IMG/VR virus record: IMGVR_UViG_3300021594_000960
Location: 9,156 to 73,155 of that record
Reading direction: 5' to 3' (one strand)
Source of the DNA: a virus
DNA: 64,000 nt
Shown: in pieces, positions 1-10,341 of the stretch
How positions within the stretch are numbered: the stretch's first letter is position 1
How the letters are laid out: each line of letters begins with the position of its first letter
Position numbers and translations under genes: made by a program
Notes under the pieces: model-generated
What the model was told of the DNA's origin: nothing
What the model saw: only the letters and a program-made list of their open reading frames with translations
The model's database searches: none

Positions 1-557
1 TCAGCATCTGTGAACCTTACTTGAAGTCCAAGTCTTGTATTAACTGTGTTTTTAACACCATCTTTGAGATTAACAGTCTCATCCTCTGATACTGAAAAAT
101 CATACACCTCAATTGTAACAAAATAGTGAGCAAGTCTAATCTTACCTCTACCATCAAGTTTGTCTTGTGATATTCCTGCTTGAGATGCTTGGAATTGTTT
201 AACCATTCTGTTTTTAATCTCGGTTTTGTCCTCAGTAAACGTGAATCTATTGAGCTCAGAAAGATATTCTAACACAATGTTAGCAACACCAAGACCAACT
301 TTTTTCTCTTTAAGTTCAGGATATTGTTCGTAAACCTCATCACTTATACCAATTGTTAAAATTTGAATTGGGATTTGAGGTCCATCGTAATCCATAAGAG
401 AATCAATGTTTATTTTGGTTTCAAAACTTGCTTTGTAAGATTCTGTTTTTGTTGTACCAACAGTTTGAGCAGTTACCCTTACCGCAAATAGAAACAACAA
501 AGTGAACCATAAAATTGTAATGATGATTCCTTTTTGTGTTGTAGATAATTTGTTCAT
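1..557 (-). CDS. CsgG-like secreted/outer-membrane protein (runs off window)
   Basis: Read manually: MNKLSTTQKGIIITILWFTLLFLFAVRVTAQ... signal peptide; GLGVANIVLEYLSELNRFTF and RLGLQVRFTDA segments resemble the CsgG fold. Confidence 0.6.
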   Translation of the reverse strand, partial: MNKLSTTQKGIIITILWFTLLFLFAVRVTAQTVGTTKTESYKASFETKINIDSLMDYDGPQIPIQILTIGISDEVYEQYPELKEKKVGLGVANIVLEYLSELNRFTFTEDKTEIKNRMVKQFQASQAGISQDKLDGRGKIRLAHYFVTIEVYDFSVSEDETVNLKDGVKNTVNTRLGLQVRFTDA

Positions 558-558
558 A

Positions 559-1095
559 TTAGTCTTGTTTTATTAAACCACATTTAAGACATTCTTCTTC
601 ACCATCACCATCTTTATCACCCCATACATGTTCACATTGACGATGTTCAAAATACATGTCGATTATACCATCACCATCTTCATCTATCCCATCCATTACA
701 CCATCACCATCTTCATCGATTTCTACACCGACTTGGGGGATGACTTGGGGGGTGACTTGGGGGGTAATTGATTGTTGCTGAGGTGATTGAACACTACCAT
801 CTTGGGTATTAGAAAACGATACACCATCTTCTTCGTCCATTTTCTGAACCAACATTTTGTCTTTGTCGGTGTCGCTGAACCAATAGTCGATAATTTTACC
901 ATAAGACCCAATAAACGCTCCTAGTAAAAGGAGTAATAATTCTTTCCATTCACCACTAATTGCGCTTTGTTCAAAGATGGCCATAAAAATGGCACCCATT
1001 ATAACAACAAATCCACCCAAAACTAAGAAGGTAATCCACCACCTTCTTTTCATCATGGAGTTTAATAACTCTTTAAATCCTGTGTTTGGTTGCAT
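559..1095 (-). CDS. Membrane protein with Ca-binding DxDxDG repeats
   Basis: Two N-terminal TM helices; DEDGDGVMDGIDEDGDG repeats; C-terminal CxH..CxxC. Confidence 0.7.
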   Translation of the reverse strand: MQPNTGFKELLNSMMKRRWWITFLVLGGFVVIMGAIFMAIFEQSAISGEWKELLLLLLGAFIGSYGKIIDYWFSDTDKDKMLVQKMDEEDGVSFSNTQDGSVQSPQQQSITPQVTPQVIPQVGVEIDEDGDGVMDGIDEDGDGIIDMYFEHRQCEHVWGDKDGDGEEECLKCGLIKQD

Positions 1096-1098
1096 AAA

Positions 1099-1422
1099 TT
1101 ACCATTTTGGTTCCTCTTGGAAAGGTTTCTCTTTCTTCACAGGTTCTGCTGGTTTTGCTACTGGTTTTTCTACAACACGTTCAATGACTTTTGTTGTACC
1201 ACCTGCAGGTGCTGCCTGTTGTTGTTGAGAGTTGTTTATGACGATTGTCGGTTGAGGTTGTGCTTGTACTGGTTCTGCGGCCTTTTCATCGTGACCACCA
1301 AACAATAGTGTACTTAACCATACACCACCTCCAGCTACTACGGTACCCAAAGTACCTACGATTGTTTTTTTGAGACCTGACCATGTTCCGTCATTTGTCT
1401 CTTGAATTTGTTCTTCAGACAT
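1099..1422 (-). CDS. Single-TM low-complexity protein
   Basis: ORF track; one hydrophobic segment, Q/P-rich tail; 3-4 bp spacing within operon. Confidence 0.7.
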   Translation of the reverse strand: MSEEQIQETNDGTWSGLKKTIVGTLGTVVAGGGVWLSTLLFGGHDEKAAEPVQAQPQPTIVINNSQQQQAAPAGGTTKVIERVVEKPVAKPAEPVKKEKPFQEEPKW

Positions 1423-1426
1423 TTTT

Positions 1427-3334
1427 TTAAATTTTTATAAATTGTTTAGTTGTTTTATTACGGGAATCAAAAACTACTAATTGGTATAATCCACCAGGGA
1501 GACCTCTAACATCGAGTCTTTTGATAATTTTCGAGTCGAAATCTTGTGGTTGAATTTTACCCAAATTAATAACTTCCTTACCGCCCATATCATAAATAGA
1601 TGCATATAATACAGTTTGTTTTGGTAAACCAATTTCCATGTTGATAATCCCTTCAGTCGGGTTAGGGAACAATTTGATTGTTATTTGTTCATTTGGTGAT
1701 GGTGTAACAACCATCATGGCTCTGTAGGTCAAGACTGTAACGTCTGAGGCTAAACTAATATTGAAATGTTCTCCCATGGAATTTGATGCATCCATAAGTT
1801 TTCTTACATACACTGATGTGGAAATATCCTCGCTTGGATTAATGGCTGTGAATTTTAAATTAAACGGGGTCACCGCTCCAATCAGTGCCCCCGTTTTTTG
1901 ATTGTTCATTCCTCCGAATCGAACAACACCTTTTTGGGGGTCGTGGTTTACATACTGTAACCACGGCCCACCCAAATTGGATTGTATTCCTTCGAATTTA
2001 ACTTTATTGATATCATAGGACATCTCAAACTGTAAACCTGTATTTTGGAGACCATTTGTCTGTAATCTAAATGGAACATTGAGAGGTTGACCTACAACAT
2101 ATTGGTTTGGTATTTCTATGTTCATGTTACCGATAAAATTGTATGCTAAAACCTCACTACCTTGTCCATCAAATACAGGAGATGAGTGTGTTCTGTCGAC
2201 ATCCCCAAGTATAAAATACTTTAAGTCTAATGTTAGGTTTTCAGTACCAACAGAATCCGTTACGATTATACCTCTGTTAGATTTGGATGCCCAAGTTGAC
2301 CAAGTTGTGTTAGATAAAACTAAACTGTCGTATTCTTCTTTTTTGAATACGTTGATTAATTTAGTTAAATCGATTGGTTTTAAACCTGAAACTGATGCGT
2401 AGATACCATAAGGGTCACCACCATCTAATGTACCTGTAAGGTTAATATCACCTATTAGATATGATAATGGGTGTTTTAAGTACTGACGACCATATCCTAA
2501 GTTAACATCAGTTGATGTAAACTCATTGAACGATTTTACCGCATCGGTTATTGTAACAGCTCTGTCTCTCAGAGATGCCAAACTATCTTGAGGGAATTTT
2601 AACTCGATTTTGTATCTTGTATTTTCCTCAATGTTAGTTAGTGTATAAAGACCTGTTGATGCGTTTGGTACAGTTGATGAAACTAACTGATTTGTATTAA
2701 AGTCGTAACAATTAATCGTTGGTAATAAACCACTAGAAGTTACTGAGTTAGGTAAGAAAACTTTACCTGAAATGGTAAGGTTCCCTAATAACTTCACTGC
2801 CATTTTTTTATACGACAGATTAGCAACGTTATCGCCAATTGACGTACCATCTTGTTTTATCATCCTTACCCAGTTAACGGTAATGGAATCTGAATCGTAG
2901 TTTGGACCTACGTTGTTAATTTTGTACTTGTTGTGAATAACATAACCATTGGAACTAACAGCAGCACCGTTAGATAGAATCAAATAGTTTCTACCAATTG
3001 TCCAGTCTGTGTTTGATACGTAGTTATAATTCCCATTGGAGTAAGAATCATATTTGTAGTCGTTCCAAGTTTTGTAATCTACAACAGGTGTGTTGCCGTT
3101 CACTGCAACATCTACCGTGGTTGAAAGATGGGTAAATAGGGTTTTCTTAAATTGCCAGTCGACTTGGAAACCGCGGATGTCTACACCTGGTGCTGGTTTG
3201 TAATACCACGCAACATCTAACGTATCCCCCCTTCTGACTGTTGCAAGTTGTTGAAAGTGACCTATTTCTGGGGTTTGTGCAAAACTACTAATACCACATA
3301 TTAGTAGAAGCAACCCCAAAAGGGTTTTTTTCAT
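1427..3334 (-). CDS. T9SS type A sorting-domain protein with dockerin/cohesin-like modules
   Basis: Signal peptide; GDINLTGTLDGGD dockerin-like; GLQFEMSYD cohesin-like; C-terminal FPNP..IYDMGGK..LPGGLY..KQFIKI. Confidence 0.8.
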   Translation of the reverse strand: MKKTLLGLLLLICGISSFAQTPEIGHFQQLATVRRGDTLDVAWYYKPAPGVDIRGFQVDWQFKKTLFTHLSTTVDVAVNGNTPVVDYKTWNDYKYDSYSNGNYNYVSNTDWTIGRNYLILSNGAAVSSNGYVIHNKYKINNVGPNYDSDSITVNWVRMIKQDGTSIGDNVANLSYKKMAVKLLGNLTISGKVFLPNSVTSSGLLPTINCYDFNTNQLVSSTVPNASTGLYTLTNIEENTRYKIELKFPQDSLASLRDRAVTITDAVKSFNEFTSTDVNLGYGRQYLKHPLSYLIGDINLTGTLDGGDPYGIYASVSGLKPIDLTKLINVFKKEEYDSLVLSNTTWSTWASKSNRGIIVTDSVGTENLTLDLKYFILGDVDRTHSSPVFDGQGSEVLAYNFIGNMNIEIPNQYVVGQPLNVPFRLQTNGLQNTGLQFEMSYDINKVKFEGIQSNLGGPWLQYVNHDPQKGVVRFGGMNNQKTGALIGAVTPFNLKFTAINPSEDISTSVYVRKLMDASNSMGEHFNISLASDVTVLTYRAMMVVTPSPNEQITIKLFPNPTEGIINMEIGLPKQTVLYASIYDMGGKEVINLGKIQPQDFDSKIIKRLDVRGLPGGLYQLVVFDSRNKTTKQFIKI

Positions 3335-3335
3335 T

Positions 3336-3833
3336 TTACTTGAAAAGGTTTTGGATTAATGCCTCTGAGGACTTTTTTATTACATTCGAAACGGATTGTT
3401 GATTGATTGTGCCTGCTTCAGAAATAATAATTGTGGACATGGAAATCTCGGACGATTTCCCTGTGGATAGATATTCCTTGATTTTTTTACCAGATGGAGA
3501 ATAAAGTGTTCCTCTCATTCTAAGGATTGTTTCGCTATTGTCTTTGTGAAAAACAGAAACACCCGTATTGGTTTGCAGGATGTCGAAATATATAAGTTCA
3601 ACTTTTAGTGAGTAGTCGGAATTGTTAAGTGAATCTGCAAGTGTGTAATCCATTTCTTGTAGACTCTCTAATATTATGTTTTTTACCCCAAAAGTAAGAT
3701 TTCGATTCTTAACCATTGGACCAATTTGAATCTTGTTCTCAATTGGATGAATATAAATCCTTTTTGGGTCTTGTTTTTCACTATATGAAACAAAACATAA
3801 TAAGGTCAGTATGAATGATAGTAATATCTTCAT
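3336..3833 (-). CDS. Secreted protein, possibly CsgG/lipoprotein-like fold
   Basis: Signal peptide; first gene of the minus-strand operon. Confidence 0.6.
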   Translation of the reverse strand: MKILLSFILTLLCFVSYSEKQDPKRIYIHPIENKIQIGPMVKNRNLTFGVKNIILESLQEMDYTLADSLNNSDYSLKVELIYFDILQTNTGVSVFHKDNSETILRMRGTLYSPSGKKIKEYLSTGKSSEISMSTIIISEAGTINQQSVSNVIKKSSEALIQNLFK

Positions 3834-3905
3834 TTATAAAGTATCTTGGTATCTATAAATACAGATTTTTACATTAAATTAGTATTTATTAATAAAGAAT
3901 TTTGG

Positions 3906-4241
3906 ATGTCTATATTAAATGAAATAGGAAGAATACGTGCGGTTATGGGTTTCCTAACAGAACAAGAGGAAATCGGAGGTCAAAAAATGAACGTAAACCT
4001 TAAAAGTTTTGTTGAAACTTTGCAGTTTCTAAAACTTCACAGTAATAAGATTGATAAAATCTTAATGGACATATCTGATTATTCAAACAATCAGATTATA
4101 GACTTCGACATGATGAATAGAGGTCTAAGAAAGACTCTTCTGAAAAAAGGAGATAAGAAAAAAAATGTTGAAGGAACCATCAATTGTACCAAAGAAAGTT
4201 TTCAGAAAAGAACTTTACGAATTACAAGTAGAACTACTTAA
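3906..4241 (+). CDS. Probable N-terminal part of the PPK2 gene, out of frame
   Basis: ATG 3906 follows TATTTAT; overlaps the PPK2 ORF in another frame near an A8 run (4158-4165). Confidence 0.5.
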   Translation: MSILNEIGRIRAVMGFLTEQEEIGGQKMNVNLKSFVETLQFLKLHSNKIDKILMDISDYSNNQIIDFDMMNRGLRKTLLKKGDKKKNVEGTINCTKESFQKRTLRITSRTT

Positions 4242-4917
4242 ACTCCAAGAGTGGTTGAAAAAAACCAACAAAACAGTAATCATCGTTTTTGAGGGTAGAG
4301 ATTCAGCAGGTAAAGGGTCAACAATCAAAAAATTCATCGAAAATTTGAATCCGAGGTATTACAATGTAATTGCCTTAGGGGTACCCACACCTGAAGATAG
4401 AAAAGATTGGTGGGGTAGATATCGTAAACAAATAAGACCTGGAATGATTAACCTTTTTGATAGAAGTTGGTACAATAGAGGTCTTATTGAACCTGTGATG
4501 GGTTATGGCTCACCCGAAGAGTACGAAGACTTTATGGAAAACGTTGAGGATTTTGAAAGTGATTTGGTAAAAGAGGGTGACTATCTTTTTAAGTTGTGGT
4601 TTTCCATAGACAAAGACACACAAGCAAGAAGATTCAAAATGAGACAACAATCCCCGTTAAAATATTGGAAATATTCACCAAACGATTCCAAAATGCAGGA
4701 TTTATGGGACAGATTCACTGAGTTCAAAGAAAAATTATTCGATAAAACATCTACACTTAATCACCCATGGGTTATTATTGATGCTGAGGATAAAAGAGTA
4801 TCAGGTTTAAATGCGATTAGATACGTACTTCAGAATATTCCTTATGAAGGTAAAAATGAAGCCGTTCTTGATAAAGAATACCCTGAGGTATTAACAGTAC
4901 TCAAACCAAATTTATAA
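4165..4917 (+). CDS. ppk2: Polyphosphate kinase 2
   Basis: FEGRDSAGKG Walker A, FDRSWYNR, PLKYWKYSPND motifs. Confidence 0.95.
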   Translation: MLKEPSIVPKKVFRKELYELQVELLKLQEWLKKTNKTVIIVFEGRDSAGKGSTIKKFIENLNPRYYNVIALGVPTPEDRKDWWGRYRKQIRPGMINLFDRSWYNRGLIEPVMGYGSPEEYEDFMENVEDFESDLVKEGDYLFKLWFSIDKDTQARRFKMRQQSPLKYWKYSPNDSKMQDLWDRFTEFKEKLFDKTSTLNHPWVIIDAEDKRVSGLNAIRYVLQNIPYEGKNEAVLDKEYPEVLTVLKPNL

Positions 4918-4920
4918 TAT

Positions 4921-5538
4921 ATGAGAAATTTAAAACAAATTATTAAAGAGGCTTTAGAAAAACAATTAAATCAAACTTTGATTCTTATAGATAAAGTAGA
5001 GATTTCAGAGGCTTTAAAATATCATATAGATAACGAGTTATCATTGACTGATAATGTGTTTAGAGTGTACTCAAAGGGTTATTTTGGCTTGGTTAATGAA
5101 GTAAGAAATCTTTGGGAACAAGGTAAAATAAAATTGAATGAAGAGGATACTTTAATGGTTGAATCTGACTTAGGTAAAAGAGTTAAAATTGGAGAGGAAA
5201 TTGTTTACTTAGACGCCCCATTTGAATTGGATGATGAAGAAGTTTTGGAAGAAGCAAAACACAGAGGTAAAAATGTTAAATTAGGTAAACCATTCAGAAC
5301 ACCTGGTGGACCAAAGAAGTTTGCAGTATATGTTAAATCAAAAGGGGGTGGTGTTAAAAAGGTTACTTTTGGTGACCCGAAATTGAAAGTTAGAAACAGA
5401 AATAAAGGGGCTGCAAAATCTTTCAGAGCAAGACACAGATGTGACCAAAAGAAAGACAGAACAACTGCAGGATATTGGTCTTGTAATGTCGGAAGATATG
5501 CCAAGCAGTTGGGATTATCATCCTCAAACTCTTGGTAA
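4921..5538 (+). CDS. Conserved phage protein, basic C-terminal domain
   Basis: KKVTFGDP..KSFRARHRC..AGYWSC motif seen in large phages. Confidence 0.75.
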   Translation: MRNLKQIIKEALEKQLNQTLILIDKVEISEALKYHIDNELSLTDNVFRVYSKGYFGLVNEVRNLWEQGKIKLNEEDTLMVESDLGKRVKIGEEIVYLDAPFELDDEEVLEEAKHRGKNVKLGKPFRTPGGPKKFAVYVKSKGGGVKKVTFGDPKLKVRNRNKGAAKSFRARHRCDQKKDRTTAGYWSCNVGRYAKQLGLSSSNSW

Positions 5539-5855
5539 TGGAAATCAAGAAGGGTATGGAATTCGATAGAATCAAAGAATTTCTCCAAGATTACTTAGAT
5601 ACAGTTGTTTTACCAGCGTCGAATAGTGAACGTAGTGAACCCCTTTCTATGAATGTAAAAAGTATTCTCAAGGGTAGCTATCAACCACCGATTATTCATG
5701 TTTTTATAGAAGTTGAACCGCATTGGACCCCGAGAATGTCTTTAAGTGGAATTGAAAGAGACATAAGTAATTTCTTTCAAATTTTTTCAATAAATTTTAG
5801 GGTAAAAATACATTGGAATAAATCACCCAATCTCAAAGGAGTTATGGAACTATGA
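5538..5855 (+). CDS. Hypothetical protein
   Basis: ORF track; TAATG coupling to the upstream gene. Confidence 0.6.
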   Translation: MEIKKGMEFDRIKEFLQDYLDTVVLPASNSERSEPLSMNVKSILKGSYQPPIIHVFIEVEPHWTPRMSLSGIERDISNFFQIFSINFRVKIHWNKSPNLKGVMEL

Positions 5856-6121
5856 ACTACCCATTTCAACAAGAAATAATAGATAACAAACTTAGAAGAG
5901 TTTTTACTCCTGACGTTGAGTCCGAGGAGTTAAAATGGCATCAAGACTTGAAGGACAGAAAAGTAACTGTAATTGAAGGAGGTGGTTGGGAATTTCAAAT
6001 GGAAGATTCATTGCCAAGCAAATTAGAAGATGCGAGACAACTTTATATTCCGAAATTTGTTTGGCATAGAGTTATAAAAGGAAAAGGGACATTAGTTGTC
6101 GAAATTGAAGAGTTAACATGA
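5852..6121 (+). CDS. Small cupin-fold protein
   Basis: WHQD...IPKFVWHRVIKG. Confidence 0.7.
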   Translation: MNYPFQQEIIDNKLRRVFTPDVESEELKWHQDLKDRKVTVIEGGGWEFQMEDSLPSKLEDARQLYIPKFVWHRVIKGKGTLVVEIEELT

Positions 6122-6690
6122 TTTTAAATTCTGATTTTATACCACATGAAAATTTTCACAAAGGTTTCTGGTTGAAAACAGAAAAGTGCCCGTGGTTTTT
6201 CTTTTATGAATCACCGAGAGATTTTAAGTTACCAAACAACAAAAATTTCTACAATACTTTAGATGAAGATTTGAAAGATATTGTTATTAGCCTTCATTCA
6301 AAAAAAATCCCAACGACCCCATCTTGCTCAGGTCATATCAAAAATGACGACCATTATGAAAAGATATTCAAAACGTTAGCCCACACAAAAAATAAAATTA
6401 GAAAGGATGGAATCGAGTTAATTAATCCTGAGACAGATAGAAGATTCTTTTATAAAAATCAGAATTATAAACTCCCCTACACAAAAGATGACTTTTTAAA
6501 AAAGCTTAGAAAATACCAAACAAAAGGTGTTTTGGGTATGGTGGACGAAGGAAATATTTACGAAAAACTCAAAGGTAAAGTACCTGTTAAAAAAAACGAC
6601 GGTGTAACATTAATATTAACTGAAGGAAAAACCCCAAAGGAAATAACAAGAAAGTGGAAGGAAATTGAGAAAATTTTGAAAGACGTTTAA
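6118..6690 (+). CDS. Hypothetical protein
   Basis: ORF track; TTPSCSGH motif. Confidence 0.7.
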   Translation: MILNSDFIPHENFHKGFWLKTEKCPWFFFYESPRDFKLPNNKNFYNTLDEDLKDIVISLHSKKIPTTPSCSGHIKNDDHYEKIFKTLAHTKNKIRKDGIELINPETDRRFFYKNQNYKLPYTKDDFLKKLRKYQTKGVLGMVDEGNIYEKLKGKVPVKKNDGVTLILTEGKTPKEITRKWKEIEKILKDV

Positions 6691-7454
6691 ATTAAATCTT
6701 TCAAATCAAATTTCTCAACAAATTTAGGGAAGGCTTCTTTATAAGATTTCTGTGTCTCGTCAGAAATTTTGTTTGTGAACTGCCAATTCCAATAGAAGTT
6801 ATCATTCGGTCTAAATCCATAATATGTATGTACTCTTTTCTGAGTATCTACGACATCGATACCTTTCCAGTTTTGTCCTACACATATAAATCCACTTTGA
6901 ATGTCTTTGATAATATTAGACTCACCCAAAGTTGTGTGTCTATTTTCTAACCATGTAAGTCTTTCAATCAATTTCTGATAAAACATGTTTGCTTGACCCC
7001 ATCTCACAGATGAGAAAAATATAACAGCATCAGATTCCAAAAGTTCCTTTGATATTTTCCAAAGTTCGTCGTCTTTGTTGTTTAGACTAGCCCAACATCT
7101 GTGTTCCCCTGATGGGTTTTTTGTTTTGTCCTTTAGCATGGCTTTTTTAAGTCCACAAGAATTACCCTCGGCTCTTGATACATTTCCCTCACATGGATAA
7201 ATCTTTAGTTCTGGCACATCAATCAAAACAGACTTGTCTCCAAGGTACTCGTCAATGACCATCGCCAAAATTGTAGACTTTGGGATGTCCATTTTACCCA
7301 AATCCCAATTGTATCTGTTCGAACAAGGTAAAAGTAGAACTTTGTCTAACTTTTCAAGTTCTTCGATAGTTTTCTTCAGTGCTTTCAAATTACCTGAAGA
7401 ACCATTTTTCTCAGATACATTGTATTTGTCTAATATTTCGTTGAGTGTCCTCAT
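6687..7454 (-). CDS. Flavodoxin-like NAD(P)H-dependent oxidoreductase
   Basis: IYPCEG..C..C cluster; ESDAVIFFSSVRWG; KLIERL. Confidence 0.8.
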   Translation of the reverse strand: MRTLNEILDKYNVSEKNGSSGNLKALKKTIEELEKLDKVLLLPCSNRYNWDLGKMDIPKSTILAMVIDEYLGDKSVLIDVPELKIYPCEGNVSRAEGNSCGLKKAMLKDKTKNPSGEHRCWASLNNKDDELWKISKELLESDAVIFFSSVRWGQANMFYQKLIERLTWLENRHTTLGESNIIKDIQSGFICVGQNWKGIDVVDTQKRVHTYYGFRPNDNFYWNWQFTNKISDETQKSYKEAFPKFVEKFDLKDLI

Positions 7455-7512
7455 ATTATGATAAATACCTAACTATTGTAATTAAAAACCCACCAAATAG
7501 GTGGGTTCAATA

Positions 7513-8514
7513 TTATCCTCTAATAGGGATTACAGGGATTTCAGGTTGCTCGAATATAGGTACGGCAGTCATGGTCCTATATCTTTGTGCGGCATCTCTT
7601 AAAGTTTGATTGGGTTCTTCCATTGGTTCTAAAACATCGCCACCCGCTAATTCTGCTAATTGTGGAAGTTCTGCAACTAATATCTCTTTTTTCTCATATG
7701 CGTCTATACATTCTTTATGTACCAAATCCTGAATTTCATCTGAAGAAAGGTTTTTGTTTGTGAATTCAGATGAAAATATTTTTCTTATGTTTTGGAACAT
7801 ATAGTCATCAATTTCCAAATCCAAATAATCTACACGATTATCCGCTGCATTCCAAAAACTCATTTCTCTATCGGGTAAACTTCTGTAACCAGCAAATTTA
7901 TATCCTGTTTTTTTGTTGATGAAATAACAAAGAATCCCACCTCTCCAATATCTTTCGAAATAATTTTTTTCAGCCTGATACGTGGTACACCATCTTGTAC
8001 CTGCTCCATATTTCACTGAAGCTTGGAATGTTAAAGGTCTAACTGCCACCCACACATCGTCCTCGTATTCTTTAATAACCTGACCCTCAAGTTCTTTGGT
8101 AAGTTCTTTCATCGATGCTAAAGTAATCGCACCTCTAATTTCATCGATGGTTGAATAAGAAGTAACATCATTATTTTCAATTTGATTCCTATCCATAAAA
8201 TACATGAACTCTTTGATTGTAGAAAAAATTTCGCTAGGGAAATATTCCATAATCATATTGTAAACGTACAACTCGTTATCAGTCAGATTTATAATAGAAA
8301 TACCTCTGTTTATAAGACTAGATTCATATCTTAGTTTTACATCACTGTAAACTTCCCCGACAGAGTTATTTTTCAAATTCAATCTTTTTGCGATTAGTTT
8401 ACATAAAAGTGGGGTATATTTGTAAGTTTTCGATGTGTCCAAATTTACAATTATGTCTAATATAGACACATTCAATTCAGGATATTGTTTTTTCATTTCA
8501 TCAATTCGAGACAT
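7513..8514 (-). CDS. Hypothetical protein with YG-x-T-x-WCT (PcfJ-like) domain
   Basis: ASVKYGAGTRWCTT; shares this domain with 38980..40458. Confidence 0.7.
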   Translation of the reverse strand: MSRIDEMKKQYPELNVSILDIIVNLDTSKTYKYTPLLCKLIAKRLNLKNNSVGEVYSDVKLRYESSLINRGISIINLTDNELYVYNMIMEYFPSEIFSTIKEFMYFMDRNQIENNDVTSYSTIDEIRGAITLASMKELTKELEGQVIKEYEDDVWVAVRPLTFQASVKYGAGTRWCTTYQAEKNYFERYWRGGILCYFINKKTGYKFAGYRSLPDREMSFWNAADNRVDYLDLEIDDYMFQNIRKIFSSEFTNKNLSSDEIQDLVHKECIDAYEKKEILVAELPQLAELAGGDVLEPMEEPNQTLRDAAQRYRTMTAVPIFEQPEIPVIPIRG

Positions 8515-8560
8515 AACTTTTTTTTTTAAAACATAGTTTAAATTGAATTTTTAGTCAAAT

Positions 8561-8590
8561 AAAAAAAGGTGGATTAGTTATCCACCTTTT
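8561..8590. terminator. Intrinsic terminator downstream of tRNA-Ser
   Basis: AAAAGGTGGAT-tagtt-ATCCACCTTTT. Confidence 0.75.
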
Positions 8591-8591
8591 G

Positions 8592-8666
8592 CGGAGGCTC
8601 AGGGATTCGAACCCCAGTTACAGTTTCCCGTAATTCAGTTTTCAAGACTGACGCATTCAACCGCTC
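8592..8666 (-). tRNA. tRNA-Ser(TGA), 5' acceptor strand missing
   Basis: tcagt-CTTGAAA-actga, long variable arm, GGTTCGAATCC; no 5' strand to pair with the 3' GCCTCC. Confidence 0.8.
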
Positions 8667-9002
8667 GTTACTTACAATAGTGATATAAACGGGGTAGGAT
8701 TTTACCTCGGTGGATATCTACTCACATCTTTTCCTACTCCCTACATTTACACCACACCAATGAGTAGATTTAACAGAATGGGATTATCCATAACTAATCA
8801 TAGAATATCTTTGATGGCGGGTGGTTTCGTTGAATCTTTCAGAGATAGTATCTCCGTTAAACCAGACATTTGGGTTAAAATTTACCCACTTAGAATTCTA
8901 ACAAAAACTGAAAAAGGTTTAGATTTTACTTTTGGTGTAAATTACATGGAAGGATTTAGATACGGAGTTGGTTTATCAATCCCATTCAGAGGTATTTATT
9001 AA
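8664..9002 (+). CDS. N-truncated beta-barrel-like protein
   Basis: Frame of the 8760 ORF stays open upstream to the tRNA junction (LVTYNSDINGVGFYLGGY...); alternating aromatic/Gly strands. Confidence 0.5.
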   Translation, partial: LVTYNSDINGVGFYLGGYLLTSFPTPYIYTTPMSRFNRMGLSITNHRISLMAGGFVESFRDSISVKPDIWVKIYPLRILTKTEKGLDFTFGVNYMEGFRYGVGLSIPFRGIY

Positions 9003-9004
9003 TA

Positions 9005-9589
9005 ATGAAGAAACTAATATTAGAGGATAAATTGGATAATGTTGTAAGAACAATCGTTAGAGATATTATAACGATTGTTAAAAAGGAAAAAGACGGTGAG
9101 TACGGTCTTCCTGAAGATTTATACGAAGACCAAATGGAATATGAATTTCCCCAATTGGGCAATTCTTTTTCAATTTTTTTAGAGATTTCCTCTGACGAAT
9201 CAGTTGATGGATTCGATGTAGATGCAGAATACTACAATGATGATGATGTAATTTATGTGGAAATTATAACTAACCCAAGTTATGGTCAAGAAATATTACA
9301 ACCCTTGGTTGGTGAGTTAAATGAAGTAATTAGACACGAATTGGAACACATAAAACAACATCAAAAAGGTTATAAGTTTCCGAGTCGAGAACCTAAAAGT
9401 CCTGAAAAATATTACACACAACACCATGAATTGGAGGCTCAAAGAGCTGGTTTCAAAAGGAGGTCAAAAGGTGAAAGGGTTGATTATGAAACATTGGTTA
9501 GAAGATGGTTCGACGAAAACATACATAAACACAGAATGAATAAAGACCAAGCCGAAAGAGTAATTCAAAAAATACTCAGTGAAAAATGA
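9005..9589 (+). CDS. Putative zincin metallopeptidase-like protein
   Basis: HELEH...HELEA motif. Confidence 0.7.
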   Translation: MKKLILEDKLDNVVRTIVRDIITIVKKEKDGEYGLPEDLYEDQMEYEFPQLGNSFSIFLEISSDESVDGFDVDAEYYNDDDVIYVEIITNPSYGQEILQPLVGELNEVIRHELEHIKQHQKGYKFPSREPKSPEKYYTQHHELEAQRAGFKRRSKGERVDYETLVRRWFDENIHKHRMNKDQAERVIQKILSEK

Positions 9590-10341
9590 ATGAATTACAA
9601 GGGATATTAAAATTTCTACAAAAGTATTTCAAGGACCCAATTGAATTTGAGGGAATTATATTTCAATACTTTGATATTGAGATTGAAGAAGGGTTCGCCG
9701 ATGCTTTCAGATTCAACGTAAACGTTATTCTTCCTAAAGAAAATCAATCTTACATAGCTCAAGTGTTGGATAGTTTAATTCAAGACCAAATTTACGAAGC
9801 CTACAAATTTATCGGAAAAACGTATTCGTATACTATCGTTATGGATGTTAACGATAAAGAGCTATTCAACAATACTTTTACATTTATTAATAAAGAATCA
9901 CTAAGTGAAATTATCAAAAAATGTAACGATGAATTCGGAAGGATTGGCATAACAGTTTTCGAGGGTGAAAAGACTTTGGATATGAGTTGTAGATTAAGTT
10001 GGGATAAAGTTCCTTATGATGGAATTCATGAAAACGTAAATTTTTATATGAAAATGGAACTTTCCGACTTCGAATTAGATAAAACACCCGTAATACCAAA
10101 TCCTGAAAAACTAAATGATGTGGCTGGAACTCTTTGGAGTCTTTTAGTTGATAGAGATTGGTTTCTTCCTAAAATGGAAGACTATATATATGAAGTAATT
10201 TCACCTGAAACAAAAATTGATAAAGTTGAGGACGTATATGCTCAAGTTTTTATCAGAGTGAATAGACTAAATGGGATTAGAGTTAAACAAGAAGAAAGAT
10301 ACGGCAAGATTCAACCCGATTTTTTTATAACAGCCTCTTAA
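9586..10341 (+). CDS. Hypothetical protein
   Basis: ORF track. Confidence 0.7.
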   Translation: MNELQGILKFLQKYFKDPIEFEGIIFQYFDIEIEEGFADAFRFNVNVILPKENQSYIAQVLDSLIQDQIYEAYKFIGKTYSYTIVMDVNDKELFNNTFTFINKESLSEIIKKCNDEFGRIGITVFEGEKTLDMSCRLSWDKVPYDGIHENVNFYMKMELSDFELDKTPVIPNPEKLNDVAGTLWSLLVDRDWFLPKMEDYIYEVISPETKIDKVEDVYAQVFIRVNRLNGIRVKQEERYGKIQPDFFITAS

